Assembly (NCBI RefSeq): GCF_001458695.1
Contig: NZ_LN885086.1
Coordinates: 2,790,001 to 2,822,000, forward strand
Length of the DNA stretch: 32,000 bases
Origin: Candidatus Nitrospira inopinata
Lineage (GTDB): Bacteria > Nitrospirota > Nitrospiria > Nitrospirales > Nitrospiraceae
Direction: 5' to 3'
In this document: piece after piece, positions 12,972 to 26,013 of the stretch
Numbering within the stretch: the stretch's first letter is position 1
Layout: every line of letters starts with the position of its first letter
The notes under the pieces: generated by a model
Database searches by the model: none
The model's input: the letters and a program-made list of their open reading frames with translations, nothing else
What the model was told of the DNA's origin: nothing
Position numbers and translations under genes: made by a program

Positions 12972-13974
12972 GTTCCACCGCTTCCATGAGTTGCTCCGGC
13001 GAGACCGTCGCGGTCCCCACCATTCCCACCACGATGCCGGCCGCGTGATTCGCCAACATGGCCCCGTGTCTGACGCTCGCGCCGACGGACAACGCCAACG
13101 CCAACGTGCCGATGACCGTGTCGCCGGCGCCGGTGACGTCGTAGACCTGCTTGGCCTTGGTCGGCAAATGCCACGAGGCGCCGTCGCCTTCGTACAAACT
13201 CATGCCCTTTTCGCCGCGCGTGATCAACACGGACTGACAACCGAGGCGTTGCCGAATCACGGTGCCGGCTTCATTGATCGCCCGATCGTCGTCGCGGTGC
13301 AACCCGGACGCCTGAACGGCCTCAAGGTGATTCGGCGTCACGACCGTCACGCCCTTATAAAACCCGAAATGCTCGACCTTCGGATCGACGACAACGGGGA
13401 CCCTGCGCAACGCGGCCAGTCTGGTCAGCTCGGACATCAAAGAAGCCGAGACGACGCCCTTGGCATAGTCGGACACCACGAGACATGACAGTTCCCGCAA
13501 GCGCGATTCAACGTAGCGCAAAATTCTCCGTTGAAGCAGCGTTTTCAGTTCCCGCCGTTCTTCGATATCGTACCGCACGATCTGTTGATTGTGAGCGATC
13601 ACCCGGCTCTTCCTGGTCGTGGGACGATCGTGGTCGATCACCACGCCGCCTCGCCCCGACCGTTTGGATCCGAGCTCTTTCATCAAGAGCCGCCCGCTTT
13701 CATCCGCTCCGATCACGCCGCAGATATCGGCCTTTCCTCCCAAGGCCAGGATATTGTTGAACACGTTGGCGGCGCCTCCCAGTCGCACGGACTCGGACTC
13801 CACATGGACGACGGGAACCGGCGCTTCAGGGGAAATACGGCTGACCTTGCCGACCACGTAGTGGTCAAGAATGAGATCCCCCACGACAAGAACGGAGGCC
13901 TGGGGAAACCGCTGGATATATCGGCGCAATATCCGCGGTGTCGGCTCCTTCTCGTCGTTCGTCACCTCAGCCAT
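12964..13974 (-). CDS. hldA: D-glycero-beta-D-manno-heptose-7-phosphate kinase (RfaE domain I only, pfkB family)
   Basis: VLVVGDLILDHY, GGAANVFNN and DVTGAGDTV motifs. I chose the ATG at 13974 (GGGGGAG SD, no overlap with lepB) rather than the ORF-track start at 14064, which would overlap lepB by 73 nt. Confidence 0.85.
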   Translation of the reverse strand: MAEVTNDEKEPTPRILRRYIQRFPQASVLVVGDLILDHYVVGKVSRISPEAPVPVVHVESESVRLGGAANVFNNILALGGKADICGVIGADESGRLLMKELGSKRSGRGGVVIDHDRPTTRKSRVIAHNQQIVRYDIEERRELKTLLQRRILRYVESRLRELSCLVVSDYAKGVVSASLMSELTRLAALRRVPVVVDPKVEHFGFYKGVTVVTPNHLEAVQASGLHRDDDRAINEAGTVIRQRLGCQSVLITRGEKGMSLYEGDGASWHLPTKAKQVYDVTGAGDTVIGTLALALSVGASVRHGAMLANHAAGIVVGMVGTATVSPEQLMEAVEHG

Positions 13975-13991
13975 CGACTCCCCCGGTTTGC

Positions 13992-14759
13992 TCAGCGAAT
14001 GGCCTTGCCCAACCGCTCCCATCGGACCCATTCGGTCCAATTTCCTTGCCCGTTCCACGACCAATAGATGCGGAAGGCCTTGCCCCGAATTTTCTCCTCC
14101 CGCACGTACCCCCAGAACCGGCTGTCGAGGCTCTGATCACGGTTATCGCCCATGACGAAGTAGGACCCTTCGGGAACCGTCACGGGACCGAAATTGTCGC
14201 GCGGATTAATCGCGCCGTCGATCATACTGGGATCGACCCGCTGGGTAAAGGCCCTGTCGTCGAGCGGTTGGCCGTTGACGAGCACGACCTTGTTGCGAAT
14301 CTGCACCGTATCGCCCGGAAGCCCGACGATGCGCTTGATGAAATCTTTTTCTTCGTCTTCGGGAAATCGGAACACGATGATGTCGCCGCGCTGCGGCTTG
14401 CCGAACTCGATCAACGTCCGGGACGTATAACAATTGACGGGGGGGACGTTCCATTGCAGCTTGCAGTCCGACGGCCACTGAAGGCCGTAGGAGAGCTTGC
14501 TCACCAAGATATGGTCGCCGATCAGCAAGGTCGGGATCATCGAGCCGGACGGAATCTTGAACGCCTGCACCACGAAGACCCGGATCGTAAACGCGAGCAG
14601 CATGGCGACGATGATCGCTTCGGTGTACTCGCGGATGATCGACTTGTGACCGGCGCGATCCGTTCCGTGCTCCGCGGTCTTGGCCGCGGGAAGAGGCGGA
14701 TCGCCGTTCGTGGAACCGGACATTTTGTCGACGTCGGCTTGATTGCGATCGGCGCTCAT
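13992..14759 (-). CDS. lepB: Signal peptidase I
   Basis: SGSMIPTL (catalytic Ser box), KRIVGLPGD (Lys box) and [11 protein letters not shown] (box E). I chose the ATG at 14759, which forms an ATGA overlap with the lepA stop. The ORF-track start at 14894 lies inside lepA. Confidence 0.9.
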   Translation of the reverse strand: MSADRNQADVDKMSGSTNGDPPLPAAKTAEHGTDRAGHKSIIREYTEAIIVAMLLAFTIRVFVVQAFKIPSGSMIPTLLIGDHILVSKLSYGLQWPSDCKLQWNVPPVNCYTSRTLIEFGKPQRGDIIVFRFPEDEEKDFIKRIVGLPGDTVQIRNKVVLVNGQPLDDRAFTQRVDPSMIDGAINPRDNFGPVTVPEGSYFVMGDNRDQSLDSRFWGYVREEKIRGKAFRIYWSWNGQGNWTEWVRWERLGKAIR

Positions 14760-16555
14760 TCGTCCCCGACTCGAAGAATCGCCAGGAAGGCTTCCTGCGG
14801 CACTTCCACGCTCCCGACGGCCTTCATCCGCTTTTTGCCCTCTTTTTGCTTCTCCAGCAACTTGCGCTTCCGCGTGATGTCCCCCCCGTAGCACTTGGCC
14901 GTGACGTTCTTTTTCATGGCGCCGATGGTTTCCCGTGCGATGATCTTGTTGCCGATGGCCGCCTGAACGGCGATTTCGAACATCTGGCGGGGAATCAGTT
15001 CTTTCATCTTTTCCACCAACTGCCGGCCTCGAGGATAGGATCGCTCTCGATGCGTAATGAACGACAAGGCGTCCACGGCTTCTCCGTTCAACAAAATGTC
15101 GAGCTTGACCAGATCGGATTCCCGATAGCCCAACATCTCGTAGTCCAGCGAGGCATAGCCTTGCGTGCGGGATTTCAGCTTGTCGTAGAAATCCAAAATG
15201 ACTTCGTTCAGCGGCAGCTCGTACCCGATCATCACGCGGGTCGGATCGAGAAACTGAATGCTTCGCTGAATCCCGCGCCGTTCCTGACAGAGTTGGAGAA
15301 TGGCGCCCATGTACCGTTCCGGCGTAATGATCGTGACCAAAATGAACGGCTCTTCGAATCGCTCGATCAGATGGGGAGGAGGCAATTCAGCGGGATTGTC
15401 GATCTCCAGCACCTGCCCCTTCGTCGTCGTCACCCGATAGACCACGGTCGGCGCCGTAGTGATGAGCGACAGCCCGTATTCCCGCTCAAGACGCTCCTGG
15501 ATGATCTCCATGTGGAGCAGCCCCAAAAATCCGCATCGAAACCCGAATCCCAGCGCCAGCGAGGTTTCCGGCTCGTACACGAACGACGAATCATTGAGCC
15601 GCAACTTCAGCAGCGCGTCGCGCAAATCCTCGTACTTCGCCGTATCGGTCGAGTACAGCCCGCAAAAGACCAGCGGCTTGACCTCTTTGTAACCCGGCAG
15701 CGGTTCCGCCGCCGGTCTCGCCGCGTCGGTGATGGTGTCGCCGATCTTGACGTCCGCGACTTCCTTCATGTTGGCGCACAAATAACCGACTTCCCCCGTC
15801 AAGAGTTCGGGCTTCTTGACCCGCTTGGGAGTAAATTGGCCGACCTCCGTCACCTCGAACAAGCGACCGTTCGACATGACTTTGATTTTCACGCCGGGGC
15901 GCACGGAGCCGTCCACGACGCGAATCAGGACGATGACGCCTTGATAGTTGTCGAACCACGAATCGAAAATCAGCGCCTTCAGCGGACCGTCCGGATCGCC
16001 GGACGGAGGAGGAATCCGCTCGATGATCGCCTCCAGCACCTCCGGCACTCCACGACCTTCTTTGGCGCTGATCGGAATGGCCTCGGCCGAGTCCAGCATC
16101 AAGACCTCGGAAATGGACTGTTTGGTGCCCTCGACGTCCGCGCTGGCCAGATCGATTTTGTTGATCACGGGAATGATGACGTGTCTGTTCGCCATGGCCA
16201 AATTGACGTTGGCGATCGTCTGCGCCTGCACCCCTTGCGTCGCGTCAACCAGCAGCAAGGACCCTTCGCAGGCCGCCAAGCTTCTGGATACCTCGTACGT
16301 AAAATCGACGTGACCGGGCGTATCGATCAAATGCAGCGCGTAGATCTTCCCGTCCTTGGCTTTATACCGGATCGCCACCGCGTGCGCCTTGATCGTAATG
16401 CCACGTTCCCGCTCCAGGTCCATGGCATCGAGAATCTGTTCTTTGGCCTCTCGGGCCGTCACTGCGCCTGTGGCTTCGAGGAACCGGTCAGCGAGGGTTG
16501 ATTTGCCGTGATCGATATGGGCGATAATCGAGAAATTGCGTATAAGGCTTTGCAA
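14756..16555 (-). CDS. lepA: Elongation factor 4 (LepA)
   Basis: 599 aa with [17 protein letters not shown] and the full EF-G-like domain order. The start codon is TTG at 16555-16553. Confidence 0.97.
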   Translation of the reverse strand: MQSLIRNFSIIAHIDHGKSTLADRFLEATGAVTAREAKEQILDAMDLERERGITIKAHAVAIRYKAKDGKIYALHLIDTPGHVDFTYEVSRSLAACEGSLLLVDATQGVQAQTIANVNLAMANRHVIIPVINKIDLASADVEGTKQSISEVLMLDSAEAIPISAKEGRGVPEVLEAIIERIPPPSGDPDGPLKALIFDSWFDNYQGVIVLIRVVDGSVRPGVKIKVMSNGRLFEVTEVGQFTPKRVKKPELLTGEVGYLCANMKEVADVKIGDTITDAARPAAEPLPGYKEVKPLVFCGLYSTDTAKYEDLRDALLKLRLNDSSFVYEPETSLALGFGFRCGFLGLLHMEIIQERLEREYGLSLITTAPTVVYRVTTTKGQVLEIDNPAELPPPHLIERFEEPFILVTIITPERYMGAILQLCQERRGIQRSIQFLDPTRVMIGYELPLNEVILDFYDKLKSRTQGYASLDYEMLGYRESDLVKLDILLNGEAVDALSFITHRERSYPRGRQLVEKMKELIPRQMFEIAVQAAIGNKIIARETIGAMKKNVTAKCYGGDITRKRKLLEKQKEGKKRMKAVGSVEVPQEAFLAILRVGDE

Positions 16556-16584
16556 ATCCCAGCTCGTTTCTGTGAAGCGGCGAT

Positions 16585-16613
16585 ATTATAGAGGGTGCTC
16601 GGCAGGTTGTCAA
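16585..16613 (-). promoter_or_regulatory. Candidate sigma70 promoter for lepA: TTGACA-N17-TATAAT
   Basis: The minus strand reads TTGACA (16613-16608), a 17-nt spacer, then TATAAT (16590-16585). This is about 30 nt upstream of the lepA TTG start. Confidence 0.6.
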
Positions 16614-16635
16614 AACGACGCGGGCCCCGTATAAT
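16607..16635 (+). promoter_or_regulatory. Candidate sigma70 promoter for bioA: TTGTCA-N17-TATAAT
   Basis: The plus strand reads TTGTCA (16607-16612), a 17-nt spacer, then TATAAT (16630-16635). The predicted leader to the bioA GTG is about 118 nt. Confidence 0.6.
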
Positions 16636-16759
16636 CCGCGCACGCATGCCGAACGGTTTCGTCGCCGCTCAAACTCAAGCGGATCAGAGCCTGTCCCGTG
16701 ATGCGCGCGATCGACGACTCCCGCATGACCGAGGGCGTTTCCTTCAATCATAACGAATC

Positions 16760-18286
16760 GTGAAACGAACTCCCTCCGCCCGACAGCTCTCGCAATGGGA
16801 CCGCCGACACGTCTGGCACCCCTTCACGCAAATGCAGGAGTGGGAGCGGGACGATCCGCTCATCATCGAACGCGGCCGCGGCTCGTTCGTGATCGATACG
16901 GCGGGCCGCCGCTATCTTGACGGAACGTCTTCCATCTGGGTCAACCTTCACGGTCACCGCCATCCCGCTCTTGACCGGGCACTCAAACGACAGCTCGACA
17001 AGATCGCCCATTCGACGTTCTTGGGGCTCTCGAACCCGCCGGCGATCGAACTGGCGCGCGAGTTGATCAAAATCGCGCCCCAAGGGCTGACCCGCGTCTT
17101 TTACTCGGACAACGGTTCGACGGCGGTTGAAGTGGCCTTGAAAATGGCCGTCCAATACTGGCAGCAACGGCACCCGGAGGCGGGCCCCAAACGGAGTTTT
17201 CTCCACTTGAAACTGGCGTATCACGGGGACACCATCGGAGCCGTCAGCATCGGCAACATCGACCTGTTCCATGCCAGGTTTAAACCGCTTCTTTTCCCGA
17301 CTGTCGAGGCCGACCCTCCCCATTGTTATCGCTGCCCGCTCACGCTTACGTATCCTTCGTGCAATCTGGCCTGCATCGACCCCGTCGAACGGCTGCTCAA
17401 GACCCGTCATCGTGAGTTGGCCGGTTTTGTCATCGAGCCGTTGGTCCAGGCCGCGGCCGGCATGATCACTCATCCGCCCGGCTATCTCAAACGAATCCGC
17501 GAACTCTGCACGCAATACAATGTCCTCCTGATCGCCGACGAGGTCGCCACCGGCTTCGGCAGAACCGGGAAGATGTTCGCCTGCCAGCACGAAGCCGTCA
17601 CGCCGGATCTCATGGCGATCAGCAAAGGCATGACCGGCGGCTACATGCCGCTGGCCGCCACCCTGACCACTGAAGAAATCTACAACGCGTTCCTGGGGAC
17701 CTATGAAGAGTTCAAGACCTTTTTTCACGGCCACAGCTACACGGGCAACCCCCTCGGCTGCGCGGTGGCCCTTGAAAACCTGCGTATTTTTCGAAGGGAG
17801 CGGACTCTCAGCCGACTCAGGCCGAAGCTCTCGGCCTTGACGACCCTCCTTGCGCCTTTGGCCCGCCACCCACATGTGGGCGACGTTCGACGAGTAGGAT
17901 TGATGGTGGGCATTGAATTGGTTCGAGACCGTCCCGCCAAAGAACCGTATCCCATCACGGCAAGAATCGGTCATCGAGTCGCCGCCGAGGCGAGGCGGAA
18001 CGGCCTGTTGCTCCGTCCGCTGGGCAACGTCATCGTGCTGATCCCGCCGCTGAGCGTATCCCTCTCGGAGTTGAAGCGAATGGTCACAATCGTCCGTTCA
18101 GCGATTGAGACGGTCACCGAACGTTGGGTGGATGGAACCGATGAAACAAAACCGGTTGGAAAGCGCGGTCATTCTTCCAAGCGATCCCGCTCGCCCGCCA
18201 ACGATCGATCACTCAAGAACGAACCGGGCAGGCTTCTCTCGCGGGGCGAGAGTCGAACTTCGTCGCCGAGGCCAAGGCGCAGGTGA
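16760..18286 (+). CDS. bioA: Adenosylmethionine-8-amino-7-oxononanoate aminotransferase
   Basis: WHPFTQM near the N-terminus and the PLP-lysine block [18 protein letters not shown] is the first possible start, because an in-frame TAA lies at 16751-16753. The last ~55 aa are a basic low-complexity tail beyond the usual BioA end. Confidence 0.9.
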   Translation: MKRTPSARQLSQWDRRHVWHPFTQMQEWERDDPLIIERGRGSFVIDTAGRRYLDGTSSIWVNLHGHRHPALDRALKRQLDKIAHSTFLGLSNPPAIELARELIKIAPQGLTRVFYSDNGSTAVEVALKMAVQYWQQRHPEAGPKRSFLHLKLAYHGDTIGAVSIGNIDLFHARFKPLLFPTVEADPPHCYRCPLTLTYPSCNLACIDPVERLLKTRHRELAGFVIEPLVQAAAGMITHPPGYLKRIRELCTQYNVLLIADEVATGFGRTGKMFACQHEAVTPDLMAISKGMTGGYMPLAATLTTEEIYNAFLGTYEEFKTFFHGHSYTGNPLGCAVALENLRIFRRERTLSRLRPKLSALTTLLAPLARHPHVGDVRRVGLMVGIELVRDRPAKEPYPITARIGHRVAAEARRNGLLLRPLGNVIVLIPPLSVSLSELKRMVTIVRSAIETVTERWVDGTDETKPVGKRGHSSKRSRSPANDRSLKNEPGRLLSRGESRTSSPRPRRR

Positions 18287-19044
18287 AGCGCGGCGTTGCG
18301 CTCTCGGAGAAACACTTCGACGTGGCCGTTGCTGTTGATCAAGGCTTTGGGGATTTCATACGACCCCTCGTCATAGCTGGCGACGAGCCCGTCGATCGCC
18401 CAAGCCCCGATTCGAATCAGGACTCCGGATTGCCGAGATCTGGCCTCCACGGTATCGACGTCTTCCCGGCGCAGATTCGAGATGAGGTTTCCGAAGTGAT
18501 CGACGCAGACGATCCGCCCCAAAAGCGATTCCTCCTGCCACGCCGGGCGCACCAGAAAGCGGCGGACCGGATCGTGAATCACGGGGCCGAACAACTCCTT
18601 CGGCACCCCCGTGCTCAACCAGGCGGCGGCCGGCGCGAATATGTCGCGGCCGTCGAAGGTCGAACCGGCCGTCTCCAGCCGATAGTCGCGATTGTCGATT
18701 TTTCGCACCTCGGCCCTCGGATGTTGATCGAGGATTTCGCTGAACAACCCGTTGTCCGGACCGATAAAAAACGAGACGCCCGTGGAGATCAACAACGGCC
18801 GCCGGGTTGTTCCGACCCCGGGATCGACCACCGCAACGTGGATAGTCCCTTCGGGGAAATAGTGAATGCAGGACGCCAGAAAAAATCCGGCCTCTTCGAT
18901 CTGATGAGGCGTAATATCATGCGACAAATCCACGATCGAGACGGCGGGATTGATCCTTAGAATCACCCCCTTCATGCTCGGCACAAACCAGTCTCGCACG
19001 CCGAAATCAGACAGAAGGGTGATAAGGGGCCGCGTCGGCGGCAC
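18169..19044 (-). CDS. SAM hydrolase / SAM hydroxide adenosyltransferase family protein (DUF62)
   Basis: ITLLSDFGVRDWFVPSMKGVI and VAVVDPGVGTTRRPL blocks. The GTG start is 1 nt after the greA stop. The C-terminal ~29 aa lie beyond the conserved domain and overlap bioA. Confidence 0.85.
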   Translation of the reverse strand: MPPTRPLITLLSDFGVRDWFVPSMKGVILRINPAVSIVDLSHDITPHQIEEAGFFLASCIHYFPEGTIHVAVVDPGVGTTRRPLLISTGVSFFIGPDNGLFSEILDQHPRAEVRKIDNRDYRLETAGSTFDGRDIFAPAAAWLSTGVPKELFGPVIHDPVRRFLVRPAWQEESLLGRIVCVDHFGNLISNLRREDVDTVEARSRQSGVLIRIGAWAIDGLVASYDEGSYEIPKALINSNGHVEVFLRERNAALHLRLGLGDEVRLSPRERSLPGSFLSDRSLAGERDRLEE

Positions 19045-19045
19045 G

Positions 19046-19522
19046 CTAGACGTCCTCGAATGCGATCTCCACCACCTCGTATTCGACCGTCTTCGTCGGG
19101 GTTTTCACCTCAACGAAGTCGCCCACCCGTTTCCCGATGAGCGCACGGCCGACCGGGGATTGGACGGAAATCTTGTTGAACTTCAGATCGGCTTCATCCT
19201 GGCCCACGAGCGTATACCGTTTTTTCTCCTGCGACTCCTGCTCGATCACCATCACGGTCGCGCCGAACACCACCGTGTCGCTGTTTCGCCCCGTGATTTC
19301 GACGACGCGGGCGTCGGCCAGCTTGGTTTCGATCTCGGAAATTCGCGATTCAATGAACGCCTGGCGCTCTTTGGCCGCGTCGTATTCGGCGTTTTCGCTC
19401 AGATCCCCGTGCGCGCGGGCTTCCGCGATCGCCTCTATCACCTTGGGACGCTCGATCTTTCGCAGCCGGTCCAACTCGGCCTTCAACGCATCGTATCCTT
19501 TTTTGGTAATCGGTGTCGGCAT
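19046..19522 (-). CDS. greA: Transcription elongation factor GreA
   Basis: MPTPITKKGYDALKAELDRL... with HGDLSENAEYDAAKE. The ATG at 19522 has a GGAGTGAGG SD and gives 158 aa. The ORF-track TTG at 19543 is less likely. Confidence 0.93.
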   Translation of the reverse strand: MPTPITKKGYDALKAELDRLRKIERPKVIEAIAEARAHGDLSENAEYDAAKERQAFIESRISEIETKLADARVVEITGRNSDTVVFGATVMVIEQESQEKKRYTLVGQDEADLKFNKISVQSPVGRALIGKRVGDFVEVKTPTKTVEYEVVEIAFEDV

Positions 19523-19544
19523 CTGCGCCTCACTCCGGGCCAAC

Positions 19545-22829
<3,285 letters not shown>

Positions 22830-22857
22830 AGTGTTCCTTGTGAATCAGCGTCGGTCG

Positions 22858-23889
22858 TCAGGACGGTTGCGGCGGCCCGATCGCCGGACGATACGGCTGA
22901 GCCGGCGACGGTTCCTGCCGCTCCGAGCCTCGATAATGCTTGAGCGCGTCCGGCAACCAGGCCTCAATTTGGTTGAGCCGCGTCGAATCGGACGGGTGCG
23001 TCGACAAGAACTCCGGAATATTTTGTTGCGCTCGAAAACAGGCCTTGCCGATCAACTGCCTGGGGCATCCGCTCATCCGTTCCCAAAACGGCACCGCTTC
23101 GCGGGGATCATAGCCCGCCTGGGCCATCAGTCGGAGCCCGATAAAATCGGCCTCTGATTCCTGGCTTCGTCCGAACGGCAGGGACACGCCCACCCCGTAG
23201 GCGCTCATCGCCGCCACCGCCGCGTCCGGTCGTCCGGCCGCGGCTCCCGCAGCCAACGCACCGACCTGGGCGATCGTCTCCAGAATTCCCCTGCTGTACC
23301 GCTCGGCGCCGTGGCGTTGCAGCACGTGCGCGACTTCATGGCCCATGACGGTCGCCAACCCGTTTTCGTTTTGCGTGAATTTGAGGATGCCGGTAAAGAC
23401 GGCGACCTTGCCGCCGGGCAGGGCGAAGGCGTTGACGGTGCGATCATCCTGAATGACGACGAATTCCCATTGATACTCCGGTTTGTTCGCCGCGGCGGCA
23501 ATACGGCCGCCCACTCGATTGACCATCTCGTTGATCTCCAAATCGTCGCTCAACCTGGCCTTGCGCAGGATCTCGTGAAAGGCGCTGATACCCATGGCCA
23601 TTTCTTTTTCTTCGGAGATGGTGATGAATTGATCGCGCGCGGTCCCCGGCGCGCGATAGCAACCGGTTGCCGTGGAGACGAACCACCCGGCCATGCCGAA
23701 CCCCACCAGCCCCTGCAAGCCGACGACAAACCGCACTCCCTTCCGAAGCAGCGCGCGACGCTCAATTGACAGAGAGAGCATCCTCTCGATCGGAGAATCG
23801 CTGGTACGGGCCATCGGACGTTCGAGCCTCTCGGACCGATCGGCGGATCGATTTCGATTGATCGCCTTACGGTTTGCTATGGCATCCAC
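22858..23889 (-). CDS. M48-family zinc metallopeptidase (membrane-anchored or lipoprotein)
   Basis: HEVAHVLQRH zinc motif and a downstream ESEADFIGLRLMAQAGYDP block. There is an N-terminal hydrophobic segment. The start is uncertain: either GTG at 23889, overlapping the sppA end, or ATG at 23814. Confidence 0.85.
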   Translation of the reverse strand: MDAIANRKAINRNRSADRSERLERPMARTSDSPIERMLSLSIERRALLRKGVRFVVGLQGLVGFGMAGWFVSTATGCYRAPGTARDQFITISEEKEMAMGISAFHEILRKARLSDDLEINEMVNRVGGRIAAAANKPEYQWEFVVIQDDRTVNAFALPGGKVAVFTGILKFTQNENGLATVMGHEVAHVLQRHGAERYSRGILETIAQVGALAAGAAAGRPDAAVAAMSAYGVGVSLPFGRSQESEADFIGLRLMAQAGYDPREAVPFWERMSGCPRQLIGKACFRAQQNIPEFLSTHPSDSTRLNQIEAWLPDALKHYRGSERQEPSPAQPYRPAIGPPQPS

Positions 23890-24842
23890 AAATACATGAA
23901 TTGCGGCGCGCTCCCTCGAAGGAATGTCATCAGGTCAAGCTCGCCGATGGCCGCCAACGGGCCTGGCGCCAGCAGCCGCGAATAGACGTTGTTCACGTAT
24001 TCGCCGGGCCGTTGATAGGTGACGACGCGGGCCTCGGTGAGCTTGGCTCTCTTCTTCGCCAGCTCGATGGCGTCCTCCAAATAGCCGATCTCGTCCACCA
24101 ACCCAGCCGCCTTCGCCTGGTCGCCCGCATAGACCCGTCCGTCGGCCAGTTGTTTGATTCGGTCCATCGGCAAGTGCGGACGGCCTTCCTGCACGACGGA
24201 CAAAAACCGCTGATAGAACGAATCGATCAGCCCTTGAAAAATCGTCCGCTCCTCCGGGGTCATCACGCGAAACGGCGACCCCATGTCCTTGCGCGGTCCG
24301 GAAGTCACCGCCGTCGCTTCCAATCCGACCTTTTCCATCAAGCCCCTGGCGTTGATCGTCAGCATGATGACGCCGATGCTGCCGGTCACCGAGGACGGAT
24401 GCGCCAACACCGCGTCCGCGGCGGAAGCGACGTAGTAGCCGCCGGACGTTCCCAGGTCCATGATCGAGGCGACGATCGGAACCTTCTTGGACGCCTTGAA
24501 CGACTTGATCTCGTGATAGATGATATCCGACGCCGTCACCGTGCCGCCCGGCGTGTTGATGCGGAGGACGACCGCCTTCACGTTGTCGTCTTGGGCGGCT
24601 TTCAACAACTGTTCCTTGATCCGCGCGACAGGGCTGGGGGCCGGCATGAGCCCCTCCTTTTCCTGCGAGCTGATCAGGCCGGAAACATCGATGAGCAACA
24701 CCTTGGCCGCCCCGCTGCCGCTCACCTGGGTCTCCTTGAGCGGTCCCTGGCCGGGAAACAAGGTAAAGTTGAACGAGCAGCCAGACAACGGTAATCCGAC
24801 CGACAATCCGAACAGGACGGCTACGACCAATCGGTTACGCAT
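23877..24842 (-). CDS. sppA: Signal peptide peptidase SppA (36K type, S49 family), probable lipoprotein
   Basis: S49 blocks ([23 protein letters not shown]). I chose the ATG at 24842, giving [22 protein letters not shown] (lipobox LSGC). It overlaps the carA stop by 8 nt. Confidence 0.88.
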   Translation of the reverse strand: MRNRLVVAVLFGLSVGLPLSGCSFNFTLFPGQGPLKETQVSGSGAAKVLLIDVSGLISSQEKEGLMPAPSPVARIKEQLLKAAQDDNVKAVVLRINTPGGTVTASDIIYHEIKSFKASKKVPIVASIMDLGTSGGYYVASAADAVLAHPSSVTGSIGVIMLTINARGLMEKVGLEATAVTSGPRKDMGSPFRVMTPEERTIFQGLIDSFYQRFLSVVQEGRPHLPMDRIKQLADGRVYAGDQAKAAGLVDEIGYLEDAIELAKKRAKLTEARVVTYQRPGEYVNNVYSRLLAPGPLAAIGELDLMTFLRGSAPQFMYLWMP

Positions 24843-26013
24843 GAGAGATCTCCATGAGTCTGACGAATTCCTCGAAGAGATAGGCGGAATCATGGGGGCC
24901 CGGCGAGGCCTCCGGGTGATATTGCACGGAAAACAGCCTCCGACTCGGGCAGGCCATGCCTTCGATCGAGCGATCGTTCAGGCTGAGATGCGTGATCGAC
25001 AACGGTCCATAGTCGGTCTCGATCATCGGCGGATCGCCGGGAACCTCGTGCAGCGGCGCGGAAACGGCCACGGCAAAATTGTGGTTTTGCGACGTGATCT
25101 CCACCTTTCTGGTCCGGAGATCGATGACCGGATGGTTGGCGCCATGGTGGCCGAATTTCAACTTGTAGGTCTTAAGACCGAACGCCAATCCCAAAATTTG
25201 ATGGCCGAGACAGATGCCGAAGATCGGATAGCGGCCGATCAATTTCTTCACTTCATCCGCGGCATAGGGCACGCCCTCCGGATCGCCGGGCCCGTTCGAC
25301 AGAAACACTCCGTCCGGCCGTCGAGCCTCGACCTCGGCCGCCGTCGTCGAAGCCGGCACCACGGTGACGCGACAGCCCGCGTCGGCCAATCGATGAAGGA
25401 TGTTCCGCTTGATGCCGAAGTCGTAGGCGACCACACGCCATGGACGCCCATCGGGACGAAGCCGGGGTCCCTGCCCCCCGCCGGGCGCCCATGCGCCGGA
25501 CCCCCTTTCCCATTCGTACGGCCGCTCGCAGGTGACCGTTCCGGCCAAATCGCGCCCGACGATACTCGGCGCCTGCCGCGCTTTGGCTACTGCGCCGACC
25601 GTATCGAGCCCGCCGTGCGTGATGACCCCCTGTTGAGACCCCTGCTCCCGCAAGTGCCTCGTCAAGGCCCTGGTATCGATTCCTTCGATCGCCACGACTT
25701 TCGCTTCCGTCAAATATTCGTGAATCGTTTGCTTGCTCCGCCAATTGCTCGTCAAGCGGCTGGCTTCCACGATCACGAACCCTTCGGCCCACACGCTCCG
25801 TGATTCGACGTCTTCCGGAGTCGTCCCGTAGTTTCCGATGTGCGGACAGGTCATGGTAATGATCTGCCCCTTGTAGGACGGATCGGTCAAGATTTCTTGA
25901 TAGCCCGTCATCGCCGTGTTGAACACGACCTCCCCGATCGCCTCTCCTTCGTAACCGAGCGCCCGCCCTTCGAAACAGGTGCCGTCCGCCAACGCCAGCA
26001 ACGCTTTTTTCAT
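24835..26013 (-). CDS. carA: Carbamoyl-phosphate synthase small (glutaminase) subunit
   Basis: 392 aa with [14 protein letters not shown] and the active-site block IFGICLGHQ. The ATG forms an ATGA overlap with the upstream membrane-protein stop. Confidence 0.96.
   Translation of the reverse strand: MKKALLALADGTCFEGRALGYEGEAIGEVVFNTAMTGYQEILTDPSYKGQIITMTCPHIGNYGTTPEDVESRSVWAEGFVIVEASRLTSNWRSKQTIHEYLTEAKVVAIEGIDTRALTRHLREQGSQQGVITHGGLDTVGAVAKARQAPSIVGRDLAGTVTCERPYEWERGSGAWAPGGGQGPRLRPDGRPWRVVAYDFGIKRNILHRLADAGCRVTVVPASTTAAEVEARRPDGVFLSNGPGDPEGVPYAADEVKKLIGRYPIFGICLGHQILGLAFGLKTYKLKFGHHGANHPVIDLRTRKVEITSQNHNFAVAVSAPLHEVPGDPPMIETDYGPLSITHLSLNDRSIEGMACPSRRLFSVQYHPEASPGPHDSAYLFEEFVRLMEISHA

Noticed and set aside
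14846-16501. 551-aa plus-strand ORF antisense to lepA
   Set aside because: This is a shadow ORF of a highly conserved gene, with the same antisense-type composition and no motifs.
16748-17974. 408-aa minus-strand ORF antisense to bioA
   Set aside because: This is a shadow ORF. bioA on the plus strand has clear aminotransferase class III motifs.
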